Positions 16,495 to 25,877 of a stretch of DNA of 37,570 nucleotides are shown here, piece by piece. Positions within the stretch are counted from its first letter, which is position 1. Each line of letters starts with the position of its first letter. The stretch is from contig JAYOTF010000035.1 of NCBI GenBank assembly GCA_038150265.1, positions 1-37,570 of the forward strand. Direction: 5' to 3'. Both the position numbers and the translations under genes were made by a program. Source of the DNA: Deltaproteobacteria bacterium. Lineage in GTDB: Bacteria > SAR324 > NAC60-12. Under the pieces are notes generated by a model that ran no database searches, was not told the origin of the DNA, and saw only the letters and a list, made by a program, of their open reading frames with translations.

Positions 16495-17739
16495 TCAGTC
16501 GCGCAAGCCAAATCCCCCAAGCTGCCGCAACGTGCCATAGGCTCGGCTCAGGCGTCCGGCATCGGAGTCGGTTGTTCGCTCGCTGAGCGAGGCACGCCAG
16601 GAGTGGGGAAAGGCCGAGGCTCCATGGAGGGCTCCGAGCACCATCCCAACCAGGGCCGCAATGGTGTCATTGTCCCAGGTGTCGGTCACCGCTCGGACCA
16701 TCGCCTCCTCCGGGTCATCAAAGTGACACTCCAGGAGGTGCAGCACGGTGGGAACCGTTTCCAGAAGGTAGGCGCCCGAGTACCAGTGCTCCCCAGCACT
16801 TCGGATCGATTTTCCCTGCCTCAACGCCTGAGGCACCTGCTGTTCCACGAGGTCACACAGGGACCCCTGAAACGCATTCCCCGGGACGCGAGAACGAAGC
16901 TGAGGGGCGCCTTCCAACGGGCGAGCCGTCTCAACAAACGTCTCCCAGAAAAACCCGGGTCGAGCAAAATCAGGATTCTGGAGGAGGAGCCCCAGGATGC
17001 GGGCAAAGGCCACACACGAGGCCGTCGAAGTCGGATCGTCATGCGTGAGGGCGCTCGCAACCGCAACCGCCTCCAGGGCGTGCGCGTCCAGGGTCCAGGC
17101 ATGAGGAAGCAACGCTCCCGCGACCCTCATCAGCGCGCCATTGCCAGCGCTGAACTGCCGGGCCTCCCAGGGATCTGCTCCAGGTCCCAGTTGATCCAGC
17201 TTCCGGAAGAAACCCCGCAGGGTTCCCCCTATCCCATACAGCCGATGCTGGCGAAACGCCTGCGCCAGGGCCCCAGGATCGGGCCACCCGTGCTCCAGCA
17301 AGGTTTCCAGAGTCCAGACCGTGAGTTGCGTGTCATCACTGGGCAGCCCCAGGCGCTCACCGTGGGCATGGCGGTTGGGCAGGTAGCCACGGATTTCACC
17401 ATAACGAGAGCGGCGCTCGGAGGGACGCAACGACTCTGATGTGTTGCCCAGCGCATCTCCAATGGCGACTCCCCAAAGCGCCCCCTTCACCCGGTCGGCT
17501 GGCAAGGGGCCGCCCCCTAAGCGCCCTCCGGGAAGCAAGGCAGGCGGCAGAGCCTCCAGACGAATCCTTCCGGACGCCAGCAAGCCTTCCAGCTGCTCAT
17601 GAACACGTTGCTGCATCTCGGCCAGGGAACCCGCATAAACAGGATCCTGATAACGAAAGGGGCGACGGGCAATCCAACCTCCCACGCCGGCGGATAACCC
17701 TGTCTCTGTGAAACGAGGATGAGTTGAGGCATCAGGCAT
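16495..17739 (-). CDS. ADP-ribosylglycohydrolase (ARH/DraG family)
   Basis: 414 aa from ATG 17739 with AAGGAG RBS. GALWGVAIGDALG, PSDDTQLT, SAGNGALMR, SALTH, WDNDTIAALVG. Confidence 0.9.
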   Translation of the reverse strand: MPDASTHPRFTETGLSAGVGGWIARRPFRYQDPVYAGSLAEMQQRVHEQLEGLLASGRIRLEALPPALLPGGRLGGGPLPADRVKGALWGVAIGDALGNTSESLRPSERRSRYGEIRGYLPNRHAHGERLGLPSDDTQLTVWTLETLLEHGWPDPGALAQAFRQHRLYGIGGTLRGFFRKLDQLGPGADPWEARQFSAGNGALMRVAGALLPHAWTLDAHALEAVAVASALTHDDPTSTASCVAFARILGLLLQNPDFARPGFFWETFVETARPLEGAPQLRSRVPGNAFQGSLCDLVEQQVPQALRQGKSIRSAGEHWYSGAYLLETVPTVLHLLECHFDDPEEAMVRAVTDTWDNDTIAALVGMVLGALHGASAFPHSWRASLSERTTDSDAGRLSRAYGTLRQLGGFGLRD

Positions 17740-17872
17740 CAAGGATCTCCTTGCTTGATTGTGAAGAAAGAGTTCTTGCGGCAGAATGAGTGGACCGCGA
17801 GCCGGTCGCTGCAAGCACGGTTGGGGGCTCCGGGGCGAAGCTCCAACAGAAGCCTCTCCCACCATGGATTCC

Positions 17873-17907
17873 AGTCTACCTGCGTCAAACGACAAGTAAT
17901 GTCGCAT
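17873..17907 (-). promoter_or_regulatory. putative WYL-regulator operator, box 3, with -10 element for the ARH arm
   Basis: Minus strand reads ATGCGAC-ATTACTT-GTCGTTT, then TGTCGT-N10-TAGACT (17878-17873). Same spacing as box 2; about 135 bp upstream of the ARH start. Confidence 0.7.
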
Positions 17908-18025
17908 CAAAAACGTTCGTGTCTTCCACCTTCATTGGGTGATCGTCTGCTCCCCTCTTCAGGAGCGACGGCGCTGCGTGTTTGCGGGCGGGCAGCACGG
18001 CACGGCCTCCTGAACCGGCCGCTTC

Positions 18026-18048
18026 TACAAACTGATACAAGCTGTTAC
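18026..18048. promoter_or_regulatory. 10-bp direct repeat, candidate OmpR/CpxR-family binding site
   Basis: TACAAACTGA-TACAAGCTGT-TAC; reverse strand GTAAC-N5-GTATC-N5-GTA. About 85 bp upstream of the response regulator. Confidence 0.5.
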
Positions 18049-18131
18049 TCGCCGGAGAGGCACCCTGGCCTCCGATCTCCTAAGCTGGTTTCATCGGCAC
18101 CATGCCTGCTTTCCACTCCAACAAGCTCTCC

Positions 18132-18827
18132 ATGAACACGCGAATCCTGATCATTGATGATGATGAGAAGCTCAACCAGCTTCTGCACACCTACCTGGGG
18201 AACAAGGGCTACGAGGTCTTTTCCCGGACCGACCCTCAGGAGGGCATCGCAGCCATTGCCCGAGAGCAGCCCCACCTCATCATTCTGGATGTGATGCTTC
18301 CGAAGATGGATGGGTTTGAAACCTGCCGGAAGATCCGGCAGCAGCACAACACCCCCGTCATCATGCTGACGGCCCGGGGAGAAACCATGGACCGGGTGGT
18401 CGGCTTGGAAACCGGCGCAGACGATTACATGCCGAAGCCCTTTGATCCGAGTGAATTGGTGGCTCGCATTGAGGCCGTGCTGCGGCGTGGACAGCACCGG
18501 GCGGTGCAGATGCGCAAGGAATTCGGAGGCCTCGCTGTGGACTTCCAGAAGCATCAGGCCATCCTGGATGGCGAACCCATCAACCTGACCACCATGGAGT
18601 TTGCCTGCCTGTCGCTGCTCATCCGACACGCCGGCGAAGTGCTCAACCGCGATCAGATCCTTGAGGAACTCCGGGGCATTGAGTGGGACGCCTTCAACCG
18701 CTCCGTGGACATCACCATGAGCCGGCTGCGGCAAAAGCTGAAGGATGACCCGAAGACCCCTCGGTTCATCAAGACTATCTGGGGCACAGGCTACATGTTC
18801 ATTGGCGTTGAAGGAGATGGGGCTTAA
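18132..18827 (+). CDS. OmpR/CpxR-family response regulator
   Basis: ILIIDDD, LDVMLP (phospho-Asp), MLTARG, GADDYMPKPF, wHTH RSVDITMSRLRQKL...IKTIWGTGY. Confidence 0.95.
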   Translation: MNTRILIIDDDEKLNQLLHTYLGNKGYEVFSRTDPQEGIAAIAREQPHLIILDVMLPKMDGFETCRKIRQQHNTPVIMLTARGETMDRVVGLETGADDYMPKPFDPSELVARIEAVLRRGQHRAVQMRKEFGGLAVDFQKHQAILDGEPINLTTMEFACLSLLIRHAGEVLNRDQILEELRGIEWDAFNRSVDITMSRLRQKLKDDPKTPRFIKTIWGTGYMFIGVEGDGA

Positions 18828-20163
18828 GAAACTCGGGCGCCCCCTGCGGTCGGTCTTCACCAAGCTCCTGCTGGTGATGGGGAGCATGGGCCTGCTGCTT
18901 TACATGGGCATTGGCGGAGTCTACTGGCACGTGATTGGCGAATCGCGGCTGCAGGTGTACCAGGAGAACGCGGTCAAGTACACCGACTACCTCATCCGCG
19001 AACTCGGCTCGCCCCCCAGTCACAAACGCGCCCAGGACATCACTCAAGAGACCGGACTCGGCATCCGCTTCATTGAAAACGGCCCAGGCTGGACCACCAG
19101 CGAACTCGTCCCGCTTCCGGAGTCGCTTCACTCGTGGCGCTGGCGAGAAAACAATGGCGTCCAGTTTGCCCGTCGCTACAACAAGATGATCGTGGTCCGG
19201 GACACGCCGGAGGGAAAGTTCCTCTTCAGCGCCTTTCCGGATGAGACGATGATGATGGGCTGGCTGGTCACCCTCATGGTGGTGGTCGGACTGGTCCTCT
19301 TTGGCGCCTTTGTCACCATTCGCTGGATCCTGCGTCCGCTCCGCGACCTTGCCCGGGGGGTCCGGGCCATCAGCGCCGGAGACCTGACTTACCGGGTGCC
19401 TGAATACCGGACCGACGAGTTGGGACGCCTGACCCGGGCCTTCAACCACATGTCGGGCCGGATCCAGATGATGCTCGCGGCCCGGGAGCGCCTGCTGCTT
19501 GATGTCAGCCACGAGTTGCGGTCTCCGCTCACCCGCATCAAGGTGGCCCTGGAGTTTTTACCACCGGACGACACCCGTTCCCTGCTGCGCAACGACGTGG
19601 AGGAAATGGAGCGGATGATCACTGAAATTCTGGAAAATGCCCGCCTGCACAGTCGCTTCGGACGCCTGAACAAGACCCACTTTGACCTCCGGGAGTTGCT
19701 GGAGGAGATGCTTCCGGAATACGACGGCCGGGCTCCGGGCGTGCGTCTGGCTCACTTCCCGGATCAGGTACCGCTCTTCGCGGACCCGGAACAGGTCAGC
19801 ACCGTGATGCGCAACCTCATCACCAACGCCCTCAAGTACACGCCGGCGGACTCGGCTCCTGTTGAAATCAGTGTCGAGTCTCAGCCACTGCAGACGGTCA
19901 TTCATGTCCGGGACTTTGGGCAGGGCATTGCCAAGGATGAGCTGGAGCTGATCTTTGAGCCGTTCTACCGCACCGACCGGTCCCGCAACAAGAACACCGG
20001 CGGTTACGGCCTGGGCCTCAGCCTCTGCAAGGCGATCATGGAGGCTCATGAGGGCTCCATTGCCGTCAACAGCGTGGTCAATGCCGGAACCATTTTCACC
20101 CTGAACTTCCCGCAGCATCCTGAGGATAAACTGGAAAAGAATCTTCCTGCTCCGGCCGCCTGA
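18817..20163 (+). CDS. HAMP-containing sensor histidine kinase
   Basis: AAGGAG RBS and ATG 18817. Two TM helices, HAMP (DELGRLTRAFNHM), H-box VSHELRSPL, N box NALKY, DFGQG, GGYGLGL. Confidence 0.95.
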   Translation: MGLKKLGRPLRSVFTKLLLVMGSMGLLLYMGIGGVYWHVIGESRLQVYQENAVKYTDYLIRELGSPPSHKRAQDITQETGLGIRFIENGPGWTTSELVPLPESLHSWRWRENNGVQFARRYNKMIVVRDTPEGKFLFSAFPDETMMMGWLVTLMVVVGLVLFGAFVTIRWILRPLRDLARGVRAISAGDLTYRVPEYRTDELGRLTRAFNHMSGRIQMMLAARERLLLDVSHELRSPLTRIKVALEFLPPDDTRSLLRNDVEEMERMITEILENARLHSRFGRLNKTHFDLRELLEEMLPEYDGRAPGVRLAHFPDQVPLFADPEQVSTVMRNLITNALKYTPADSAPVEISVESQPLQTVIHVRDFGQGIAKDELELIFEPFYRTDRSRNKNTGGYGLGLSLCKAIMEAHEGSIAVNSVVNAGTIFTLNFPQHPEDKLEKNLPAPAA

Positions 20164-20191
20164 TCTGTTTCCGAAGCCCTGAGCGACTCTT

Positions 20192-21187
20192 ATGAAATCT
20201 CTGCTTTCTCTCCGCCTCTGGTCCCCGCTTCTGCTCCTGGCTGTAGGGGGTGCGCTGACGTTCTGGTTGATGCAAACGCCTCCCATGGCGGAAAAGAAGG
20301 CGACTCCCTTCAAGGGGGTCCTCGTCTCAACGCTCACCGCCGAACCCACCTCCACTCGCATCCTGCTGGAAACCTCCGGACAGGTCCGGGCGGCTCAGCG
20401 GGTCCAGCTGACCAGTCGCATGGCCGGGAACATCTCGGCGCTCGGGCCTCACTTTGAAGAAGGCCGCTACTTCCAGAAGAACGAGACCCTGGTCCGGATT
20501 GACCCACTCACCGGAAATGCTCGGGACCAGATCCTCCTCAAGGCGCCGTTTGATGGGGTGGTCCAGAGCCGTGCCGCCGACCTGGGGCAATACGTCACCC
20601 CGGGAACGCAGCTGGCGGTGCTGGTTGGAACCGACCAGGTGGAAGTTCTTGTCGACCTTCCCCTCAGCCGCCTGGATGACCTCGTGCTGGATCAGCCGGG
20701 GCCGCCTGCCGAGGTGCGCCTGCAGATTGGGGAGCGTGAGGTGCGCTGGACCGCACAGGTCAAGCACCTGCTTCCGGAACTCACGCCACAGGGACGCATG
20801 GCCCGCATGGTCCTCGCGGTAGATGACCCCTTCCGGCGCCAGAACCCCGGCGGGCCTCCGCTTTTCGTCGGCGCCTTTGTACAGGTCACCCTTCCGGGGC
20901 GGATGCTCGAGCAGGTCATCCGCATTCCGGCCCAGGCGCTCCGGGACTTCAACACCGTCTGGATCGCTTCGTCAGCATCAGAGCTGGAACGTCGAGAGGT
21001 CACCATTGCCCACCAGGACCGCGACTCCGTGTACCTTTCCCAAGGGGTGGAAGCCGGAGAGCGCATCATCCTCTCTCCGCTCAAGGGGGCAGCCGATGGC
21101 CTGAAGCTCCGGATTGAAGGCGAGGGCGAGGCCCCTTCAGAGACCTCAAAGCTTCCGGAAGCGCCTGTTGTTGAGGAGCGCTCATGA
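20192..21187 (+). CDS. RND periplasmic adaptor (membrane fusion protein), alpha-hairpin apparently missing
   Basis: N-terminal TM anchor. Lipoyl halves SRMAGNI...LVRIDP and LKAPFDGVV...LGQYV are separated by only ~10 aa. LFVGAFV, IPAQAL, GVEAGERII. Confidence 0.88.
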   Translation: MKSLLSLRLWSPLLLLAVGGALTFWLMQTPPMAEKKATPFKGVLVSTLTAEPTSTRILLETSGQVRAAQRVQLTSRMAGNISALGPHFEEGRYFQKNETLVRIDPLTGNARDQILLKAPFDGVVQSRAADLGQYVTPGTQLAVLVGTDQVEVLVDLPLSRLDDLVLDQPGPPAEVRLQIGEREVRWTAQVKHLLPELTPQGRMARMVLAVDDPFRRQNPGGPPLFVGAFVQVTLPGRMLEQVIRIPAQALRDFNTVWIASSASELERREVTIAHQDRDSVYLSQGVEAGERIILSPLKGAADGLKLRIEGEGEAPSETSKLPEAPVVEERS

Positions 21188-24100
21188 TCCGCTGGATGGC
21201 AGGGCACCGAGTCGCCTCCAACCTGCTGATGATCCTCATCCTGGTGGCTGGGCTGCAGAGCGCCCTCCACCTGAAGCAGGAGGTCTTTCCCGAATTTACC
21301 CTCGACTTCGTCTCCGTCTCCTACAGCTACCCGGGAGCGACTCCGGATGACCTCGAAGAATCCGTCATTGTTCCTGCAGAGAATGCCATCCGTGGCATTG
21401 ATGGCGTCAAGCGCTACACCTCCCGCGTCAGCGAAGGCGGGGGCAGCATCAACGTGGAACTCCTGGAAGGAAATGACCCGCAGCGCATCCGGGATGAGAT
21501 TGAGCAAGCCCTGAGTCGCCTCTCCACGCTCCCGGAAGAAGTGGATGCCCCGCGAGTCACCACCGCCAAGATTCAGCGCGAGGTCCTCAATGTCGCCGTC
21601 TATGGCGATGCCCCGGCGAAGGCGCTGCTCGAGATTTCCCAGACCCTCCGGGATGAGTTGCTCAACCACCCGGATGTCTCTCAGGTTGAGGTGGAGACGG
21701 TCCAGCCGTATGAGCTGACCATCGTCATCCCCCAGGCTCGCCTGCAGCAGCTGGGCCTCACGCTCTCTCAGGTTGCGTCAAAGATTCGGGCCAGCTCACT
21801 GGACCAACCCGGAGGACGCCTGCAGACGTCTGGAGGCGACCTGCTCATCCGGACCAAGGAGCGACGGTACACCATTGACGAGTACGCCCGCATTCCCCTC
21901 ATCACCACCCCCTCCGGAGTCGTCACCCTCGGAGAGGTCGCCACCCTCCGCGATGGCTTTGAGGAATCCGACCAACGGGTCCGCTTCAACGGCAAAAACG
22001 CCCAGTTCATCAACATCAACCGGGTGGGCAACGAAACCCCCACCGACGTCTCCGATGGCGTCAAGGCGGTCCTGAACGAGTTCCGCACGCGCCTGCCCTC
22101 AAGCATCGACGTGGCGGTGCTGGCTGACCGTTCGGTGATCCTCCAGGACCGCATTGACCTGCTGACCCGGAACATGTGGATGGGACTGGCCCTCGTCTTC
22201 CTCGTCCTTGCCCTCTTCCTGGAGACCGGCCTCTCCTTCTGGATCATGCTCGGCATCCCCATCAGCTTTGCCGGAGCCTTCATGGTGATGCCGCAGATTG
22301 ATGTCAGCATCAACATGCTCTCCCTCTTTGCCTTCATCATGGTGCTGGGAATCGTGGTGGACGATGCCATTGTGGTGGGAGAGAACATTCAGGCGCACCG
22401 GGAAATGGGGAAGACCGGGCTTCAGGCAGCAATCGACGGGGTGATGGAAATTTCGGCCCCCGTGCTGATCACCATCCTGACCACGGCTGCCGCGTTCATG
22501 GCCATGTACTTCATTGGAGGCACCACCGGAAAGTTCTTCCGTCAGATCCCGGATGTGGTCATCGGCGTCCTTGTCTTTTCCCTCATTGAGGCCCTCTTCA
22601 TCCTGCCGGCCCACCTCAGCCACGGAGTGGGGTCGTGGGCCAAGGCCTTGCTCTGGCCCATTGATGCCCTCTTCTACCCCCTGCGTCGCTGGTTCAGTGA
22701 CGGGCTCCGCTGGCTCGTTCAGGGGCCGTACCGCGCCACCCTCCGAGGGGCCCTGCATTACCGCTACGCCACCTTTGCGCTCGCCATCGTGTCGGTCATG
22801 GTCAGCGCTGGCGTCATGATGGGAGGGCACCTGCGCTTCACCTTCTTCCCCCGCATTGACAGCGACTTCATCTTTGTCACCGCCCGGATGCCCTTTGGCA
22901 CTCCTGTGGAGCAGACGGCACGGGTTGAAGAGCGACTGGTTGCCGAAGCCCAGGCCCTCATTGCCGAGTACGACGCGCAGCAAGGCGTCTCCGTGTCAGA
23001 AGGCCTCTACAGCTCCGTGGGCCAGGGCGGAAGCCACCAGGCTCGGGTCCGGGTCTTCTTCAAGCCGCTGGACGTTCGAGGCTTTCCGGCTCAGGAGTTT
23101 GCCCGCAAGTGGGAGAAGCGCGTGGGCGAAATTCCAGGGCTGGAGTCCATTAACTTCCGGGCCAGCACCGGCTTTGGATCAGGCTCTGACGTTGAGCTGC
23201 GCCTCAGCCACCCGAACACGCAGATGCTGGACTGGGCCATTGCCCGGACGAAGGACGAACTCCGGAAGTTCCCGGGGGTGAGCAACATTGAAGACAACTC
23301 GGACTCGGGCAAACAGGAGGTGCGCCTTCAGGTCAATGCTGCAGGAACGGCACTCGGCTTCACGGCACTGGAGCTGACCCAACAGGTCCGGGCGGCCTTC
23401 CAGGGCGTGGAGGCACTCAAACTGGTCCGGGACGGCGATGAGGTCAACGTCACGCTCCGGCTTCCGGAAGAAGAGCGGCGCTACCTGCCGAACCTGGCGG
23501 GACTCGTGGTGCAGGCTCCGAATGGGCAACGGGCGCTGCTCGGAGAGGTCGCAACCCTCGGCTTTGGACGCACCTTCAGCAGCATCAACCGCGAAGAGGG
23601 ACGGCGCCTCCTGAGCGTTGTGGCCGATGTCGATACCGCGGTTTCCAACACCAACGAGGTCATGAAGTCGCTGCAGCAGGAGTTTGTCCCACGCCTCAAG
23701 GAAGACTTCCCTGGCCTGACGGTGTCGTATGGCGGCAGCCGGCGGGACCAAAGCGAGACCTTTGCAGGGGTCCGGGAAGGAGCGATCTTTGCGCTGATCC
23801 TCATCTACAGCCTCCTGGCCCTGCAGTTCCGGAGCTACTTCCAGCCAATGATCATCATGACCGCGATTCCGTTTGGAATGGTCGGGGCGGTTGCTGGACA
23901 CTGGTTGCTCGACTACCAACTCAGCATCGTCAGCGTGCTCGGCATTGTGGCCCTCACCGGAGTGGTGGTCAACGACTCGCTCATCCTGGTCGACTTTGTC
24001 AACCAGAACAAACGCGAAGGCCTGCACCCCTTTGAGGCGGCCATTGAAGCCGGGGTCCGGCGCTTCCGACCCATTCTCCTCACCACGCTCACCACCTTCT

Positions 24101-24327
24101 TCGGGCTTTTGCCCATGATCTTCGAGCAGTCCCTGCAAGCCCGGTTCATTGTCCCCATGGCCATCAGCCTCGCCTTCGGGGTGCTCTTCTCCACCTTCAT
24201 CATCCTGGTGCTGATTCCGGTGCTTTACCTCATTCTTGAAGACCTCGGCGCCCTCTTTCAGCGCCGCGCCGCCTCCGCTCCTTCCGTGTCAGCCGTTCCG
24301 GACTCTTCCGAGCCGATTTCCTCCTGA
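21184..24327 (+). CDS. RND family efflux permease (AcrB/AcrD/AcrF-like)
   Basis: 1047 aa. YPGATP, GIVVDDAIVVGENI, GVVVNDSLILVD, RFRPILLTTLTT, PMAISLAFG. Confidence 0.95.
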   Translation: MIRWMAGHRVASNLLMILILVAGLQSALHLKQEVFPEFTLDFVSVSYSYPGATPDDLEESVIVPAENAIRGIDGVKRYTSRVSEGGGSINVELLEGNDPQRIRDEIEQALSRLSTLPEEVDAPRVTTAKIQREVLNVAVYGDAPAKALLEISQTLRDELLNHPDVSQVEVETVQPYELTIVIPQARLQQLGLTLSQVASKIRASSLDQPGGRLQTSGGDLLIRTKERRYTIDEYARIPLITTPSGVVTLGEVATLRDGFEESDQRVRFNGKNAQFININRVGNETPTDVSDGVKAVLNEFRTRLPSSIDVAVLADRSVILQDRIDLLTRNMWMGLALVFLVLALFLETGLSFWIMLGIPISFAGAFMVMPQIDVSINMLSLFAFIMVLGIVVDDAIVVGENIQAHREMGKTGLQAAIDGVMEISAPVLITILTTAAAFMAMYFIGGTTGKFFRQIPDVVIGVLVFSLIEALFILPAHLSHGVGSWAKALLWPIDALFYPLRRWFSDGLRWLVQGPYRATLRGALHYRYATFALAIVSVMVSAGVMMGGHLRFTFFPRIDSDFIFVTARMPFGTPVEQTARVEERLVAEAQALIAEYDAQQGVSVSEGLYSSVGQGGSHQARVRVFFKPLDVRGFPAQEFARKWEKRVGEIPGLESINFRASTGFGSGSDVELRLSHPNTQMLDWAIARTKDELRKFPGVSNIEDNSDSGKQEVRLQVNAAGTALGFTALELTQQVRAAFQGVEALKLVRDGDEVNVTLRLPEEERRYLPNLAGLVVQAPNGQRALLGEVATLGFGRTFSSINREEGRRLLSVVADVDTAVSNTNEVMKSLQQEFVPRLKEDFPGLTVSYGGSRRDQSETFAGVREGAIFALILIYSLLALQFRSYFQPMIIMTAIPFGMVGAVAGHWLLDYQLSIVSVLGIVALTGVVVNDSLILVDFVNQNKREGLHPFEAAIEAGVRRFRPILLTTLTTFFGLLPMIFEQSLQARFIVPMAISLAFGVLFSTFIILVLIPVLYLILEDLGALFQRRAASAPSVSAVPDSSEPISS

Positions 24328-24330
24328 GCC

Positions 24331-25806
24331 GTGCCCATGCCTCCTTCTGTGCTGCTGAACCTGCAGCAGGTGTCTGTGCGGCTGGGGGCCACTCTGGCGC
24401 TCGATCAAGTGAGCTGGCAGTGGCAGCGCGGACAGAGCTGGGCCCTGCTGGGTCCCAACGGCGCCGGAAAGTCCACCCTGATTGGGCTGCTCAAGCAGCA
24501 AAAGCCCTACTGTGCCGGAACCATCCAGCGGGCTCCGGAATGGACGGCAGCCCGGCTGGCGCTGGTCTCTTTTGATCAGCAACGGCGCCTGATGGAACGT
24601 GAGGAGCGCAAGGACCGCTGGGAGGAATACAGTGGCCGCGAACAGGAGGTCCTCACCCCTCGTGTGCTGCTCGATCCAGATGGCACTCAGCAGGACGTGC
24701 TGGAGAGTTGGGCCCGCCCGCTGCACTTTGACGCGCTCCTCGACCGCTCCATCCGCCCCTTCTCCAACGGGGAGATGCGCAAGCTCCTGCTCCTCCGCGC
24801 CCTGCTCACCGACCCGGCGTTGCTGATTCTGGATGAGCCGTTTGATGGGCTGGATGCCGAATCCACAGAGTGGCTCAAGCGCTCGCTTTCCGCTGTGATC
24901 GACACCGGGTTGCCGGTCCTGCTGGTCACGCATCGGGTGACGGAGCTGGTTCCGGAAATCACGCACGCCCTCTGCCTGAAGTCCGGACGCGTCGTGAAGA
25001 GCGGCCCCCGCGCCGAGGTCCTGCGCCCAGCGTTCCTTCAGGAGTTGTATGCGCCTCCGGAACGTCCCGCCTTCCCAACCGCCTCCCGGTCCCTTCCGGA
25101 AGCCTCCCCGGATTCCCGGAATTCGACCCCACTGATTCAGATCCGGGACCTCCACATCCGCTACGGCGAGCGGGTCCTCTTTGATCGGTTTTCCTGGAAC
25201 GTGTTTCCCCACGAACACTGGCAGATCGTCGGCCCCAATGGCTCCGGAAAGTCCACCCTCGTCAAGCTCCTCTCTGGCGATCACCCTCAGGTGTATGCCA
25301 ATGACGTCTCCCTCTTTGGAATCCGCCGAGGCTCGGGTGAGAGCATCTGGGACCTCAAGCAGCAGATCGGACTCCTCTCCTCCGAGCTTCAGGTGGGGTA
25401 CCGTCAGTCGGCAACCGGGCGGCAGGTGATCCTTTCCGGCTTCTTTGACTCCATCGGCCTCTACCGCAAACCCACTCCGGAACAGGAAGCCGAAGCCGCA
25501 GACTGGGTCCAGCAACTGGGGCTCTCCGCCCTGACCGAGTCCGCCTTCCTGCGCCTGTCCTACGGCCAGCAGCGCCTCCTCCTTCTGGCCCGGGCCATGG
25601 TCAAGCGTCCGCGCCTGCTCATTCTTGATGAACCCTGTCAGGGGCTGGACCCCTTTCACCGTGATCAATTGCTCAGCATGGTTGACCATATTGGAAATCA
25701 AAAAGCGACGACCCTCCTCTATGTGACGCACCTCCCGGAAGACGCGCTGTCGTGCATTCATCACACCCTGCGCCTTCCGGAGGCGGCCACACCAACTTCC
25801 GGCTAA
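24331..25806 (+). CDS. modF: ModF-like dual-domain ABC ATPase
   Basis: Two ABC domains: GPNGAGKST / FSNGE / LDEPFDGLD and GPNGSGKST / LSYGQQR / LDEPCQGLD. GDHPQVYAND and RRGSGESIWD are ModF-type motifs. Confidence 0.85.
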   Translation: MPMPPSVLLNLQQVSVRLGATLALDQVSWQWQRGQSWALLGPNGAGKSTLIGLLKQQKPYCAGTIQRAPEWTAARLALVSFDQQRRLMEREERKDRWEEYSGREQEVLTPRVLLDPDGTQQDVLESWARPLHFDALLDRSIRPFSNGEMRKLLLLRALLTDPALLILDEPFDGLDAESTEWLKRSLSAVIDTGLPVLLVTHRVTELVPEITHALCLKSGRVVKSGPRAEVLRPAFLQELYAPPERPAFPTASRSLPEASPDSRNSTPLIQIRDLHIRYGERVLFDRFSWNVFPHEHWQIVGPNGSGKSTLVKLLSGDHPQVYANDVSLFGIRRGSGESIWDLKQQIGLLSSELQVGYRQSATGRQVILSGFFDSIGLYRKPTPEQEAEAADWVQQLGLSALTESAFLRLSYGQQRLLLLARAMVKRPRLLILDEPCQGLDPFHRDQLLSMVDHIGNQKATTLLYVTHLPEDALSCIHHTLRLPEAATPTSG

Positions 25807-25877
25807 GAGGCATTGACTGTTGCTCTCAGCCTTGGTGTGCTGAGGGACCTCCCGCGTCTCTTTACCGGAACCCACTC

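Noticed and set aside
16495..17739. draG nitrogenase regulation locus
   Set aside because: No draT or nif genes nearby, and the protein is longer than DraG, so only the family is assigned.
17740..17910. 57-aa N-terminal extension of the ARH gene
   Set aside because: Runs through box 3 and its -10 element. A strong AAGGAG RBS precedes ATG 17739.
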